A stretch of DNA of 64,000 nt from an uncultured Rikenella sp. (GTDB taxonomy: Bacteria; Bacteroidota; Bacteroidia; Bacteroidales; VadinHA17): contig CAYPKP010000001.1 of assembly GCA_964411345.1 (NCBI GenBank), forward strand, positions 85,906 to 149,905. The letters are read 5' to 3'. The notes beneath the pieces were generated by a model, which made no database searches, was not told where the DNA came from, and saw only the letters and a program-made list of their open reading frames with translations. A program made the translations under genes and the position numbers. Positions 1 through 11,175 of the stretch are shown piece by piece. Every line of letters starts with the position of its first letter. The first letter of the stretch is position 1.

Positions 1-1265
1 ACCACAGCGTGGAGATATTCTATGATTACATCAAGATCAACCGTGAGCTCAGGGATCTCGATCTCAAGAAGAACCTGGAGGCGAAGATCCTTCTGTGTGA
101 GAAGGCTGAGGAGTTGCTGACAGAGCCCAATGCCGTGACGGCGTTCAGGCTTCTGCAGGAGTTTCACGATCAGTGGCGTGAGATAGGCCCGGTACCTCAT
201 GAGAACAAGAACGATGTCTGGGAGAGGTTCCGCGAGGCTACCTCCCAGATCAACAAGCGGCATCATGAGTACTTTGAGTCGCAGAAGGACGAGCAGAGAA
301 AGAATCTCGAAGCAAAGACAGCCCTGTGTGAAAAGGTTGAGGAGATTGCCGGGAGTGAGATACTGACCTTTGCCGATTTCAGGGAGAAGTCGGATGCCAT
401 TATTGAATACCAGAAACAGTGGCGTGCACTCGGATTCGCTCCGAAAAAGCACAACAACAAGATATATCAGCGGTTCAGGACCGCCTGTGACAGTTTCTTC
501 GAGAAGAAGCGTGCTTTCTTTGCAGAGAGCAAGGAGACACAGATGAACAACCTGCAGCTTAAGACCGAGCTCTGCCTGAAGGCTGAGGCCCTGCAGGAGA
601 GCACGGACTGGAAAGAGACATCCGATATGCTCATCAGGCTTCAGAAGGAGTGGAAGGAGATTGGCCCCGTGCCCAGAAAGTATTCCGAAAAGATATGGAA
701 ACGGTTCCGCAAGGCATGCGACACTTTCTTTACCCGCAGGTCGGAGTTTCTTGCCGGCAGGGAGACCTCCTACGAAGAGAACCTGCAGGCCAAGCTTGCG
801 CTCCTCGAGGAGCTTGAGGCGTTTGATCCGGGTGATGACAGCAAAGCCGCCTTTGAAAAGCTGAAGGAGATTCAGAAAAGCTGGATGGAGATAGGGTATG
901 TGCCCATCGACAGGAAAGATGAGATCGCACACAGGTACAAGGATGCCCTCAACAGGCAATTTGACAAGCTCAAGCTTGATGACGAGGACAAGAATATTCT
1001 GAGATACCGCAGCAAGGTAGACAGTGCCAGGTCAAACCCCAGGGCAGCAAGAAAAGTGCGTGCAGAGCGCGAGAAGTTCTACAGCAAGATCAAGCAGCTT
1101 GAGAGTGACATTGTACTTTGGGAAAACAATATCGGATTCTTCGCCAAGTCAGCGAACGCTGACACCATGATCAAGGAGGTGGAGGAGAAGATTGCTGAGG
1201 CAAAGAAGAACATCAAGATACTCGAAGAGAAGATGAAGCTCATTGACAGCTCGATTGATGAGTAA
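1..1265 (+). CDS. DUF349 domain-containing protein (5'-truncated by window edge)
   Basis: The reading frame is open back to the first bases of the window, so the GTG at 9 is probably internal. The protein consists of about 75-aa repeats with a recurring W(K/R)EIGPVP...W.RF(R/K).ACD.FF pattern typical of DUF349. Confidence 0.8.
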   Translation, partial: HSVEIFYDYIKINRELRDLDLKKNLEAKILLCEKAEELLTEPNAVTAFRLLQEFHDQWREIGPVPHENKNDVWERFREATSQINKRHHEYFESQKDEQRKNLEAKTALCEKVEEIAGSEILTFADFREKSDAIIEYQKQWRALGFAPKKHNNKIYQRFRTACDSFFEKKRAFFAESKETQMNNLQLKTELCLKAEALQESTDWKETSDMLIRLQKEWKEIGPVPRKYSEKIWKRFRKACDTFFTRRSEFLAGRETSYEENLQAKLALLEELEAFDPGDDSKAAFEKLKEIQKSWMEIGYVPIDRKDEIAHRYKDALNRQFDKLKLDDEDKNILRYRSKVDSARSNPRAARKVRAEREKFYSKIKQLESDIVLWENNIGFFAKSANADTMIKEVEEKIAEAKKNIKILEEKMKLIDSSIDE

Positions 1266-1292
1266 GCCTCCTGACTCCCCAAACCATGATAA

Positions 1293-2942
<1,650 letters not shown>

Positions 2943-2944
2943 TA

Positions 2945-4924
2945 ATGGACAGGAATACAGTAACCGGCATCATTCTGATCTTTGTTATCTTTCTGGGATT
3001 CAGCCTGTACAACAATCACAGGACAGGCAAGTTCTTCGAGGCAGAGACCGAGTATGCCGACTCATTATATAATGCCGGCAATTATGACGAGGCCAGGGAG
3101 GCCTATATCAGAGCCCTGGGCTACAGGCCCAAGGATGAGGCCACAAAAGGAAAGGTGATAGAGCTCAACAGCATGCTGGGACTCGGTGGAGCAGCCCGGG
3201 AAAGTGCGGATGTCACGGCGCCTCCCGACAGTTCATCACTGACGGCAGCGGGCAGGGAACAGGCAGAGGCTGATGCCGCTGCTGCCGGTGCATTTGCCAC
3301 GGCTGTTGCCGAGGAGAATGAGTTTTATGTCATCGAAAACGATCTGATGGTCATGACCCTCTCCGCCAGGGGAGGGAAAGTCTATTCCGTTAAGCTTAAA
3401 GAGTATCAGAGGTATGACTCCCTGCCTGTTGTGCTGTTCAACGGCGACTCCACAGTCTTTGGGTATAAATTCTTTACCCTCGACAATAAGCCTGTCATCA
3501 CTGATGCCCTGACGTTCACTCCGCTGGAGTATGACGGGCCGCTCGTTGCCGATGAGGAACCGGTCAGCCTGACAATGAGGCTTGATGCCGGCAACGGAGC
3601 CTGGATCGACTATATATATACGGTTCAGCCGGATGATTACATGATCGGCTTTGAAACCAGATTCAACGGAATGGGCTCAGTAATTCCGGCCAATACCACT
3701 TCACTGGCACTCGACTGGAAGATGTACCTGCCCCAGCAGGAGAAGGGCAGACAGAACGAGGATATGTACACCGGCCTGAAATACAAGGTCTACCAGGAGG
3801 GTGTGGAGGATGTAGGAGGAGCAAGGCAGAGGCAGAAGAAGGATGTGGTGACCGAAAGCCTGATGAGGACCGACTGGATAGCCTACAAGGATCAGTTCTT
3901 CTCCTCGGTACTCATTGCCGACGGATTTTTCCTCAATGCATCGGTTTCATCAACAAATGCCGATCCCACCTCCAGGTATCTCAGGTTCTTCGAGTCGGAG
4001 ATAGGAGTTCCCTATACCCATGGTGACAGCACTTCGGTTAAGATGAGGATGTACTTCGGCCCCAACAGTTTCACCCTGCTGAAGAAATATGACCTGCAGC
4101 TGGAGGAACTGGTGTTCCTCGGGAGGAATATCATCAGGTGGATCAACCAGTTTGTCATCATCCCGATATTCAACCTTCTGGATAATTTTATTGTCAACTA
4201 CGGACTCATCATCCTCATTCTTACACTGCTGATCAAGATCGTACTCTTTCCCCTGACCCACAGGTCGTTCATTTCCCAGGCCAAGATGCGGGCCCTGAAG
4301 CCCATGATTGACGAGATAGGGAAGAAGTTTCCCAAGCAGGAGGATGCCATGAAGAAGCAGCAGGCGACAATGGAATTCTACAAGAAGGCCGGCGTCAGTC
4401 CCATGGGAGGCTGCCTCCCGATGCTCCTTCAGATGCCCATCCTCTTCGCCATGTTCCGCTTCTTCCCGACATCCATCGAACTGAGGCAGGAGTCTTTCCT
4501 CTGGGCGAAGGACCTCTCCACCTATGACAGTATCCTTGACCTGCCGTTTACCATACCGATGTACGGCGACCATGTGAGTCTCTTCACCCTTCTGATGACT
4601 GTCTCCACAATCATCTCCACGAAGTTCACCAATCCTTCCGGCGGACAGGAACAGATGCCCGGAATGAAGACCATGATGTACATGATGCCGGTCATGTTCA
4701 TGCTAATCCTCAATAACTTCTCTGCAGGGCTTACCTACTACTACTTCCTTGCAAACGTTATAACCATTATTCAGACTCAGGTGTCGCGCAGGTTTGTGAA
4801 TGAGGCCGAAATCCTGAAAAAGATAGAGGAAAACAAGAAGAAACCGGTGAAAAAATCGAAGTGGCAGCTGAGACTTGAGGAGGCACAGAAACGAAGCGGG
4901 TACAAGGTTCCTAAAAAGAAGTAG
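2945..4924 (+). CDS. yidC: membrane protein insertase YidC (long Bacteroidota form)
   Basis: 659 aa with an N-terminal TM helix and a large periplasmic domain. The YidC/Oxa1 core follows (PMGGCLPMLLQMPILFAMFRFF, multiple TM helices) and the tail is lysine-rich. Confidence 0.93.
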   Translation: MDRNTVTGIILIFVIFLGFSLYNNHRTGKFFEAETEYADSLYNAGNYDEAREAYIRALGYRPKDEATKGKVIELNSMLGLGGAARESADVTAPPDSSSLTAAGREQAEADAAAAGAFATAVAEENEFYVIENDLMVMTLSARGGKVYSVKLKEYQRYDSLPVVLFNGDSTVFGYKFFTLDNKPVITDALTFTPLEYDGPLVADEEPVSLTMRLDAGNGAWIDYIYTVQPDDYMIGFETRFNGMGSVIPANTTSLALDWKMYLPQQEKGRQNEDMYTGLKYKVYQEGVEDVGGARQRQKKDVVTESLMRTDWIAYKDQFFSSVLIADGFFLNASVSSTNADPTSRYLRFFESEIGVPYTHGDSTSVKMRMYFGPNSFTLLKKYDLQLEELVFLGRNIIRWINQFVIIPIFNLLDNFIVNYGLIILILTLLIKIVLFPLTHRSFISQAKMRALKPMIDEIGKKFPKQEDAMKKQQATMEFYKKAGVSPMGGCLPMLLQMPILFAMFRFFPTSIELRQESFLWAKDLSTYDSILDLPFTIPMYGDHVSLFTLLMTVSTIISTKFTNPSGGQEQMPGMKTMMYMMPVMFMLILNNFSAGLTYYYFLANVITIIQTQVSRRFVNEAEILKKIEENKKKPVKKSKWQLRLEEAQKRSGYKVPKKK

Positions 4925-4925
4925 C

Positions 4926-4953
4926 AAAAAAAAATGCTATTCAGCATTTTTTT
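4926..4953 (+). terminator. putative intrinsic terminator after yidC (AT-rich hairpin)
   Basis: aaaaaaaaATGCT-attc-AGCATttttttt lies 2 nt after the yidC stop. The stem is extended by pairing between the A run and the T run. The GC core is weak. Confidence 0.45.
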
Positions 4954-5026
4954 AAAAAATTGGGTTTCTAAAACAATTTTTTAAACTAATTTAGTCCTGA
5001 ATTAGTTCTTTAAATATTTTTTTAAA

Positions 5027-6067
5027 ATGGGGAAGAAGGTAAAAAACAAAGACATTGCCGCAAGACTTGGTCTTTCGGGCACATTGGTATCATTGGTGCT
5101 GAACAATAAGGCCGATCAGCACGGAATCAAGAAAGAGACACAGGAGCGGGTTCTTGCAGTTGCAAGGCAGATGGGCTATTTCAGCGCAGCAGCCGAGAAG
5201 GGCGAAACAGTTCCGGCGGAAGAGAAGCCGGGCATCATCGGGATGATCGTACCCTCCATGAATGATCCTTTCATTTATGAGATCACTCCCTATCTTCAGA
5301 AGGCATTCTCGAGCATAGGCCTCGGGTTCTCGGTCTTCACCAGGGATCCTGACGACATGCGTTTCAACAGGCTTACAACCTCGCTGAAGAAGTTCTTCAG
5401 CGGGATGATTCTTGTTGGCAATGCTGCCGATGACAGCGTGGTGAGGGCTCTGAGCAGGGATTCATACCCGATTGTTCTTCTTGAAAAGCGGATGAGAAGG
5501 ATGAGGGTAAACACCGTATGCACTGACAGGATAGCCGGTGCCGGCCTGATGACGCAGCATCTCACCTCGCTCGGGCTTAAGAACCTGCTGATTGTTTCGG
5601 GTGAAGATACGGCATCCTATGACAAGGAGATGCTTGATGAGCTGAAGGCAGCCACAAAGAAATCGAAGAATTATGATTCGGTACATTTTACGGTTGCCCG
5701 GCTGCCAAAGGCTGGAGAGAAGTTTGACTTCGCCTCCATAGAGAATTTTCTGAGGCCGCCGCACCGCAGCGATGCGATCATGGTCATCAACTCTCCCCTG
5801 GTCTTCCCGCTTTACCAGGCATTGCAGGAAAAAAACATCCGCATACCTCAGGATGTTGCGCTGGTATCGATGGAGGACGGCATTGGGTTTGACCTCATCG
5901 GCACCCCGGTGACAAGACTGCGCAGGCCTCTCTCTGCAATGTCTCTGAAGGTTGCCAATATTGTCTGGTCAGAAGTGAAAAACCAGGGTAAGAGCAAATA
6001 CAAGCGCCAGGTGAACATGTCTCCGGAGCTTGTCGTCAGGAGCAGTTGCGGCTCTTACGCAAAATAG
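5027..6067 (+). CDS. LacI family transcriptional regulator
   Basis: N-terminal HTH (IAARLGLSGTLVSLVLNN) followed by a periplasmic-binding-protein-like sugar-binding fold. The 346-aa length is typical of LacI/GalR regulators. Confidence 0.9.
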   Translation: MGKKVKNKDIAARLGLSGTLVSLVLNNKADQHGIKKETQERVLAVARQMGYFSAAAEKGETVPAEEKPGIIGMIVPSMNDPFIYEITPYLQKAFSSIGLGFSVFTRDPDDMRFNRLTTSLKKFFSGMILVGNAADDSVVRALSRDSYPIVLLEKRMRRMRVNTVCTDRIAGAGLMTQHLTSLGLKNLLIVSGEDTASYDKEMLDELKAATKKSKNYDSVHFTVARLPKAGEKFDFASIENFLRPPHRSDAIMVINSPLVFPLYQALQEKNIRIPQDVALVSMEDGIGFDLIGTPVTRLRRPLSAMSLKVANIVWSEVKNQGKSKYKRQVNMSPELVVRSSCGSYAK

Positions 6068-6073
6068 ACTTCA

Positions 6074-8683
6074 ATGAAACGGATCTTCAGGCTGCAGGCG
6101 CTGATCGCCATGGCAGTGTTGCTCTCTTGCAGCAACGGCAACCTTATTGTCGACAAGTCACTGATGGATGAGCTCGCTGCTGATTACGGCGCCCGCGCGG
6201 AAACATACTCCTCAACCCGCGGCGATCTCTTTGCCATGGCTGACACCCTCAGTAATGATGCATTGAAGGTTGCCGTTCAGTTCCTTCTGGCATACATGCC
6301 GCTGAGTGACCTCTCTGCCGTTGAACCCGGATATGTGGTGGATAATGCCGCCGTCGCCCTTCGCACCAGGGAGGAGATGCCCTGGGGGCCGGGTATCCCG
6401 CTGGATGTTTTCCTCCATTTTGTCCTGCCTCCGAGAGTAAACAATGAAAACCCCGACAACTTCAGGCAGGTATGTTATGACGAGCTGAAAGAGCGGGTCT
6501 CGGGTCTGGACATGATTGAGGCTGCCCTGGAGATAAACCGGTGGTGCCAGGAGAAGGTCTCGTACCAGGCTGCCGACTCTCGCACTTCAGCACCACTGGC
6601 AACGATGCTCTCCGCCCGCGGGCGCTGCGGCGAGGAGTCTACTTTGACTGTCTCGGCCCTGCGCACTGTGGGCATACCGGCACGGCAGGTATACACTCCC
6701 CGGTGGGCCCATACTGACGACAACCATGCCTGGGTGGAGTTCATGGCTGAAGGAGAGTGGCATTATCTGGGGGCCTGCGAACCTGAACCGGTGCCTGACA
6801 GAGGCTGGTTCACCGAGCCGGCGAGAAGAGCCATGCTGGTTCATACCAAGGCCTTTGGCAGGTACAGGGGCAATGAGAAGGTGATAAGGGAAGAACCTCT
6901 CTTTGCGGAGATCAATACGCTGGACAGATATGCAGTGACCAGGGAACTGAGAGTATTGGTGACTGACAGCGCAGGCTTGCCGGTACCGGAAGCTGAGGCA
7001 GGGTACATGATTTACAACTATGCTGAGTTTTATCCGCTGGCCAGGCTGAAATGCGACCGCTCGGGAGAGTGCTCACTGACAACGGGAATGGGGTCACTCC
7101 TCATCTGGGCCGGTGACGGAGAGCGTCACGGATTCGCTCTTGCCTCCCCGGCGGATACACTGGCAGTAGTCTCCATATCATCAAGGCAGAAGGAGGAGAC
7201 GGTCAGTCTCGACATCTCGGTGCCGCCGGCCCTGACACCCCTGCCTGGCATTGACGGGGAACTGGTGCGGCAGAATAACATTGTCGTAAGAAGAGGAGAC
7301 AGCATCCGAAACGCTTATATCAGCTCATGGATGAAAGATGTGTCAGTGGAAGAGCTGGCTGCCGGAGCCGGAGTGACTCCCGAAAGGGTGAGGGAGATCC
7401 TCACTGCCTCAATGGGTAACTACAGGTCCGTCGCTGACTTCCTTGCCTCATCTGATGACAGGGGAGAGCTGGCAGTGAGCCTCCTTGAGAACATCTCTTC
7501 CAAGGACCTGCGTGACACACCGGCAGAGGTGCTCTCAGATCATCTTGTGAATGCGCCGGAACCGGATCCTGGTATTGACACAGGGATATATTACAGGTAT
7601 CTGCTGTCACCCCGTATCTCCACGGAGATCCTCTCTCCCTTCAGGAGCGCCCTCGGGAATATCCCTTCTGCAATGATGGAGAAATTCAGGTCTGACCCTT
7701 CCTGCATAACCGGGTGGGTCGATACTGTCATCACAATCACCGAAAGTGAGAACCACTACGGTACTCCTCTCACACCCGGAGGAGTGGTGAGATTGCGTCG
7801 TGCTGACAGTCATTCGCGAAGGATCTTTGCGGTGGCCCTCTCCAGGAGCGCCGGTGTCCCCGCCAGGCTGGAACCGGGTACGGGGAGGCCTCAGTACCAT
7901 GCAGACGGAGTATGGCATGACATGTGGTTTTCAGATGAAGTAAAGCCATCAGGATCAGTTGGTTACATTACCTTTAGTTCTGACCGCGATGATCCCGTAC
8001 CGGAATACCACGTCCATTTTTCCCTGGCAAGGATAGAGGATGGCAAGTATAATACCCTCGATTACGGGTACGGGAGAAAGTTGACTGAGATACCAAAGCT
8101 TATTCCCCTCGATCCCGGAATGTACATGCTTACTACAGGCAACAGGGATGATGACGGTAATGTGCTGGCGTCGGTAACCTTTTTCTCCCTGGCCCCGGGT
8201 GAGGAAAAGACGGTCGCTGTCCGGCCCCGTGAGCTGGAAGAGGTATCTGCACCGTCAGGCAAAGCAGACCTCACGGGTAAGTTGCGTCTCATCAGCGGCG
8301 AGCTGGTCACACCTCTCTCCGTGGCAGATAAGGGTTTGGTATTCATATGGATAGAACCGGGCAGGGAGCCTACGCGCCACATACTTAATGATCTCCCGCG
8401 TCTGAAGAGTGAGTTTGATGCCTGGGGCGGATACTTCATCATACTCACTGACCCTGATCGCACACCGCCCGGATTCGTCGCGGACCAGATCAGCGGCATA
8501 CCTGAGAGCACACTGTTCGCGGAAGACAGAGAGATGGCCTTCATGAGATCGGTGTTTGGCGGTGGCAGTGTCGAAAGACCCCTGCCTGTGGTTCTGTGCT
8601 GCGACAGCGAGGGTAATATACTCTTCTCCTCGGAGGGCTACCGGATAGGTACCGGAGAACAGATACTGAAGAAAATAAGATAG
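6074..8683 (+). CDS. transglutaminase-like (Png1/NGLY1-type core) lipoprotein with a degenerate second core and a C-terminal thioredoxin-like domain
   Basis: Lipoprotein signal (AVLLSCSNG). Papain-like transglutaminase core RGRCGEES...DDNHAWVEF...GEWHYLGACE. A second similar segment (ADSHSRRIFAVALSRSAGVPARL...GVWHDMWF) has Ser where the Cys would be. The C-terminal roughly 130 aa resembles a TlpA/redoxin fold without a CxxC motif. Confidence 0.75.
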   Translation: MKRIFRLQALIAMAVLLSCSNGNLIVDKSLMDELAADYGARAETYSSTRGDLFAMADTLSNDALKVAVQFLLAYMPLSDLSAVEPGYVVDNAAVALRTREEMPWGPGIPLDVFLHFVLPPRVNNENPDNFRQVCYDELKERVSGLDMIEAALEINRWCQEKVSYQAADSRTSAPLATMLSARGRCGEESTLTVSALRTVGIPARQVYTPRWAHTDDNHAWVEFMAEGEWHYLGACEPEPVPDRGWFTEPARRAMLVHTKAFGRYRGNEKVIREEPLFAEINTLDRYAVTRELRVLVTDSAGLPVPEAEAGYMIYNYAEFYPLARLKCDRSGECSLTTGMGSLLIWAGDGERHGFALASPADTLAVVSISSRQKEETVSLDISVPPALTPLPGIDGELVRQNNIVVRRGDSIRNAYISSWMKDVSVEELAAGAGVTPERVREILTASMGNYRSVADFLASSDDRGELAVSLLENISSKDLRDTPAEVLSDHLVNAPEPDPGIDTGIYYRYLLSPRISTEILSPFRSALGNIPSAMMEKFRSDPSCITGWVDTVITITESENHYGTPLTPGGVVRLRRADSHSRRIFAVALSRSAGVPARLEPGTGRPQYHADGVWHDMWFSDEVKPSGSVGYITFSSDRDDPVPEYHVHFSLARIEDGKYNTLDYGYGRKLTEIPKLIPLDPGMYMLTTGNRDDDGNVLASVTFFSLAPGEEKTVAVRPRELEEVSAPSGKADLTGKLRLISGELVTPLSVADKGLVFIWIEPGREPTRHILNDLPRLKSEFDAWGGYFIILTDPDRTPPGFVADQISGIPESTLFAEDREMAFMRSVFGGGSVERPLPVVLCCDSEGNILFSSEGYRIGTGEQILKKIR

Positions 8684-8689
8684 AGTGCC

Positions 8690-10885
8690 ATGATAAGAAA
8701 AGCTTTCCTGTTTGCGGCGCTGCCGCTTCTGATTGCCGTCGGATGCAGCTCTCCTTCACTGGATGATGTTACCGTATGGGTCGATCCCTTCATCGGTACC
8801 GCAGCACACGGGCACACCTTCCCGGGTGCCGCCACACCCTTCGGCATGGTGCAGCTCAGTCCTGACAACGGCACCTCCGGCTGGGACTGGTGTTCAGGAT
8901 ATCACTGGTCTGACTCGGTGATAGCCGGCTTCAGCCACACCCATCTGAGCGGCACCGGTATCGGGGATCTGTGTGACATTCTGTTCCTTCCTTCGATGCA
9001 TGAATTCACCCTGGAGCTGCCTGACAGCACGGCATCACTTGCAAAGATCAACAGGAGTCTCTTCTCTCACGAAGCTGAGCAGGCAAGACCGGGCTACTAT
9101 GCAGTAGCCCTTGCCAATGGTGTGAATGCAGAGCTTACCGTAACACCCCGGACCGGCATACAGCGATATACGGCCGTCGGTGCCGGGACAATGTATGTTC
9201 TCGTGGACCTGGGGTTTGCCATCAACTGGGACCGGCCTGCCGCTTGCAGCCTGCGATGGAACGGCTCTGCCCTGTCAGGCATGCGCATCTCCCAGGGGTG
9301 GGCTGAGAGGCAGTACCAGTACTTCTGGTCTCTCTTCTCGCTGACACCTGATTCCGTCGTTATGCTCAACGCGGGTATCCCGGCAGGTGATACGGCGGTT
9401 AGCGGGAGAAACATCGCTGCTATTCTCGCCTTTGATGTCCAGCAGGGAGATGAGTTGCTGATCAGGACCGGCATCTCGGCCGTCGATGAGGCCGGGGCAT
9501 CGGGCAACCTGAAAGCCGAATCTGAAGGCCGGGATTTTAATGCCGCAGCCGCAGCCGCCCGACAGGCATGGCAGAGAAGACTGAATGTCATAAGGGCAGA
9601 ATCGTCAGACAGCTCCGTGATGAAGGTATTCTACACCGCTCTCTATCATTCAATGATTGCACCGTCACTCTATTGTGACAGCGACGGCAGGTACAGGGGC
9701 ACCGACGGAGAGGTGCACACGGCGGAAGGGTTCACAAACTACAGTGTCTTCTCACTGTGGGATACCTACCGTGCAGCCCATCCGCTCTTTACCATCACGG
9801 CACCGGGAATGGTCCCTGACTTTATCAATACCATGCTCACCATCAGGGACCAGCAGGGCAAACTGCCCGTGTGGTCACTGGTAGGCAACGAGACGAACTG
9901 CATGATTGGCTACCATGCCGTACCTGTGCTGGCCGATGCGGTACATAAAAGAATGACGGGATTTGATTACGGGAGAGCCCTGGACGCTGCCATACACTCT
10001 GCCTCACTTGATTTCCGGGGCCTTGACCATTACAGGAGCTACGGCTATATACCTTCGGAGCTTGAGAATGAATCGGTGGCAAAAACCATGGAATATGCCA
10101 TTGACGACTGGTGCATCTCCCAGATGGCCGGTGACCTTGGGCAGCCAGATGTTGCCGGGGAGTTCCTTCTGCGGTCGCAAAACTACCGCAACCTGTTTGA
10201 CACAACCATCCTGTTTGTGCGCGGACGGATGAGTGACGGCAGCTGGCGGCCCGGGTACGATCCGCTCTATTCCCATCATACACGGTCGGATTTCACCGAA
10301 GGCAACGGCTGGCAGTACACATGGCTTGTGCCTCATGACGTGGAAGGCCTGTTATCTCTCTTCGGCAGCAGGGAGATATTCCTTGAGCGCCTCGACAGTC
10401 TTTTCAACGTGAACGAGGAGGTGAGGGGCGAAAATGCCTCACCTGACATCAGTGGCCTCATAGGCCAGTATGCACACGGTAATGAGCCATCCCACCATAT
10501 AGCCTATCTCTTCACCATGGCCGGTGAGCCGGAGAAGACTGAAACTACCGTTCGCAGGATAATGGATGAGATGTACACCGATGGCAAAGACGGGCTCTGC
10601 GGTAACGAGGACTGCGGACAGATGTCTGCATGGTATCTCTTTTCCGCTATGGGTTTCTACCCCGTCAACCCTGCTGACGGCAGGTTTATCCTGGGCAGTC
10701 CTGCGCTGGAACGGGCGGAAATCTCACTGCCCGAAGGAAAAATATTCACAGTCGTTGCTGAGAACAATTCAGCAACAAGGATAAATGTCGGTGACGTTTT
10801 CCTGAACGGAATAAAACTGGACCGTAACTATATCACCTATGAGGAGATAATGTCGGGAGGAGAGCTGAGGTTTACAATGAAATGA
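8690..10885 (+). CDS. glycoside hydrolase family 92 alpha-mannosidase (lipoprotein)
   Basis: Lipoprotein signal (LLIAVGCSS). GH92 signature stretches are present: FSHTHLSGTGIGD, GNEPSHHIAYLF and LCGNEDCGQMSAWY. The 731-aa length fits the family. Confidence 0.92.
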   Translation: MIRKAFLFAALPLLIAVGCSSPSLDDVTVWVDPFIGTAAHGHTFPGAATPFGMVQLSPDNGTSGWDWCSGYHWSDSVIAGFSHTHLSGTGIGDLCDILFLPSMHEFTLELPDSTASLAKINRSLFSHEAEQARPGYYAVALANGVNAELTVTPRTGIQRYTAVGAGTMYVLVDLGFAINWDRPAACSLRWNGSALSGMRISQGWAERQYQYFWSLFSLTPDSVVMLNAGIPAGDTAVSGRNIAAILAFDVQQGDELLIRTGISAVDEAGASGNLKAESEGRDFNAAAAAARQAWQRRLNVIRAESSDSSVMKVFYTALYHSMIAPSLYCDSDGRYRGTDGEVHTAEGFTNYSVFSLWDTYRAAHPLFTITAPGMVPDFINTMLTIRDQQGKLPVWSLVGNETNCMIGYHAVPVLADAVHKRMTGFDYGRALDAAIHSASLDFRGLDHYRSYGYIPSELENESVAKTMEYAIDDWCISQMAGDLGQPDVAGEFLLRSQNYRNLFDTTILFVRGRMSDGSWRPGYDPLYSHHTRSDFTEGNGWQYTWLVPHDVEGLLSLFGSREIFLERLDSLFNVNEEVRGENASPDISGLIGQYAHGNEPSHHIAYLFTMAGEPEKTETTVRRIMDEMYTDGKDGLCGNEDCGQMSAWYLFSAMGFYPVNPADGRFILGSPALERAEISLPEGKIFTVVAENNSATRINVGDVFLNGIKLDRNYITYEEIMSGGELRFTMK

Positions 10886-10940
10886 ACAGCACCGGCCGGT
10901 TTGTTGATAATTATCATCTGTCACTGATGATCTAATTCAT

Positions 10941-10948
10941 TACCTTTG
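10941..10948 (+). promoter_or_regulatory. Bacteroidota -7 promoter box (TACCTTTG) for the riboswitch-led B12 operon
   Basis: Exact match to the TAnnTTTG consensus. It lies about 6 nt upstream of the first base of the riboswitch P1 stem. Confidence 0.6.
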
Positions 10949-10953
10949 TATCA

Positions 10954-11138
10954 TTCTGGTGCTGCCGGTTTTTTCCGGCAGTGAAAAGGGAACCCTGTTG
11001 GAATCAGGGACAGTACCCGCTGCTGTGAAGCCTGTTCCGCCGTTTGCGGATCATTACAGCCGGAATTCCCGCCACTGTCTGCCAGCTGGCGGACGGGAAG
11101 GCCCGGTGAGTAGGGATAAGTCAGAAGACCTGCCAGAA
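10954..11138 (+). promoter_or_regulatory. cobalamin (AdoCbl) riboswitch
   Basis: The conserved core elements occur in order: AAAGGGAACCCTGTTGGAATCAGGGACAGTACCCGCTGCTGT, GCCACTG, GGGAAGGC, and the B12 box AGTCAGAAGACCTGCC at 11119-11134. P1 closes by pairing TTCTGG (10954-10959) with CCAGAA (11133-11138). It sits immediately upstream of a TonB-dependent receptor. Confidence 0.92.
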
Positions 11139-11175
11139 CGTGTCCTGTAACAGGGAGCTTTCGGGAATAAAAGTT

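Noticed and set aside
3950-4573. 207-aa minus-strand ORF antisense to yidC
   Set aside because: It is antisense to the most conserved part of YidC, shows no motifs, and is typical shadow-ORF composition.
10959-11150. 63-aa plus-strand ORF
   Set aside because: It coincides exactly with the cobalamin riboswitch. The open frame is incidental.
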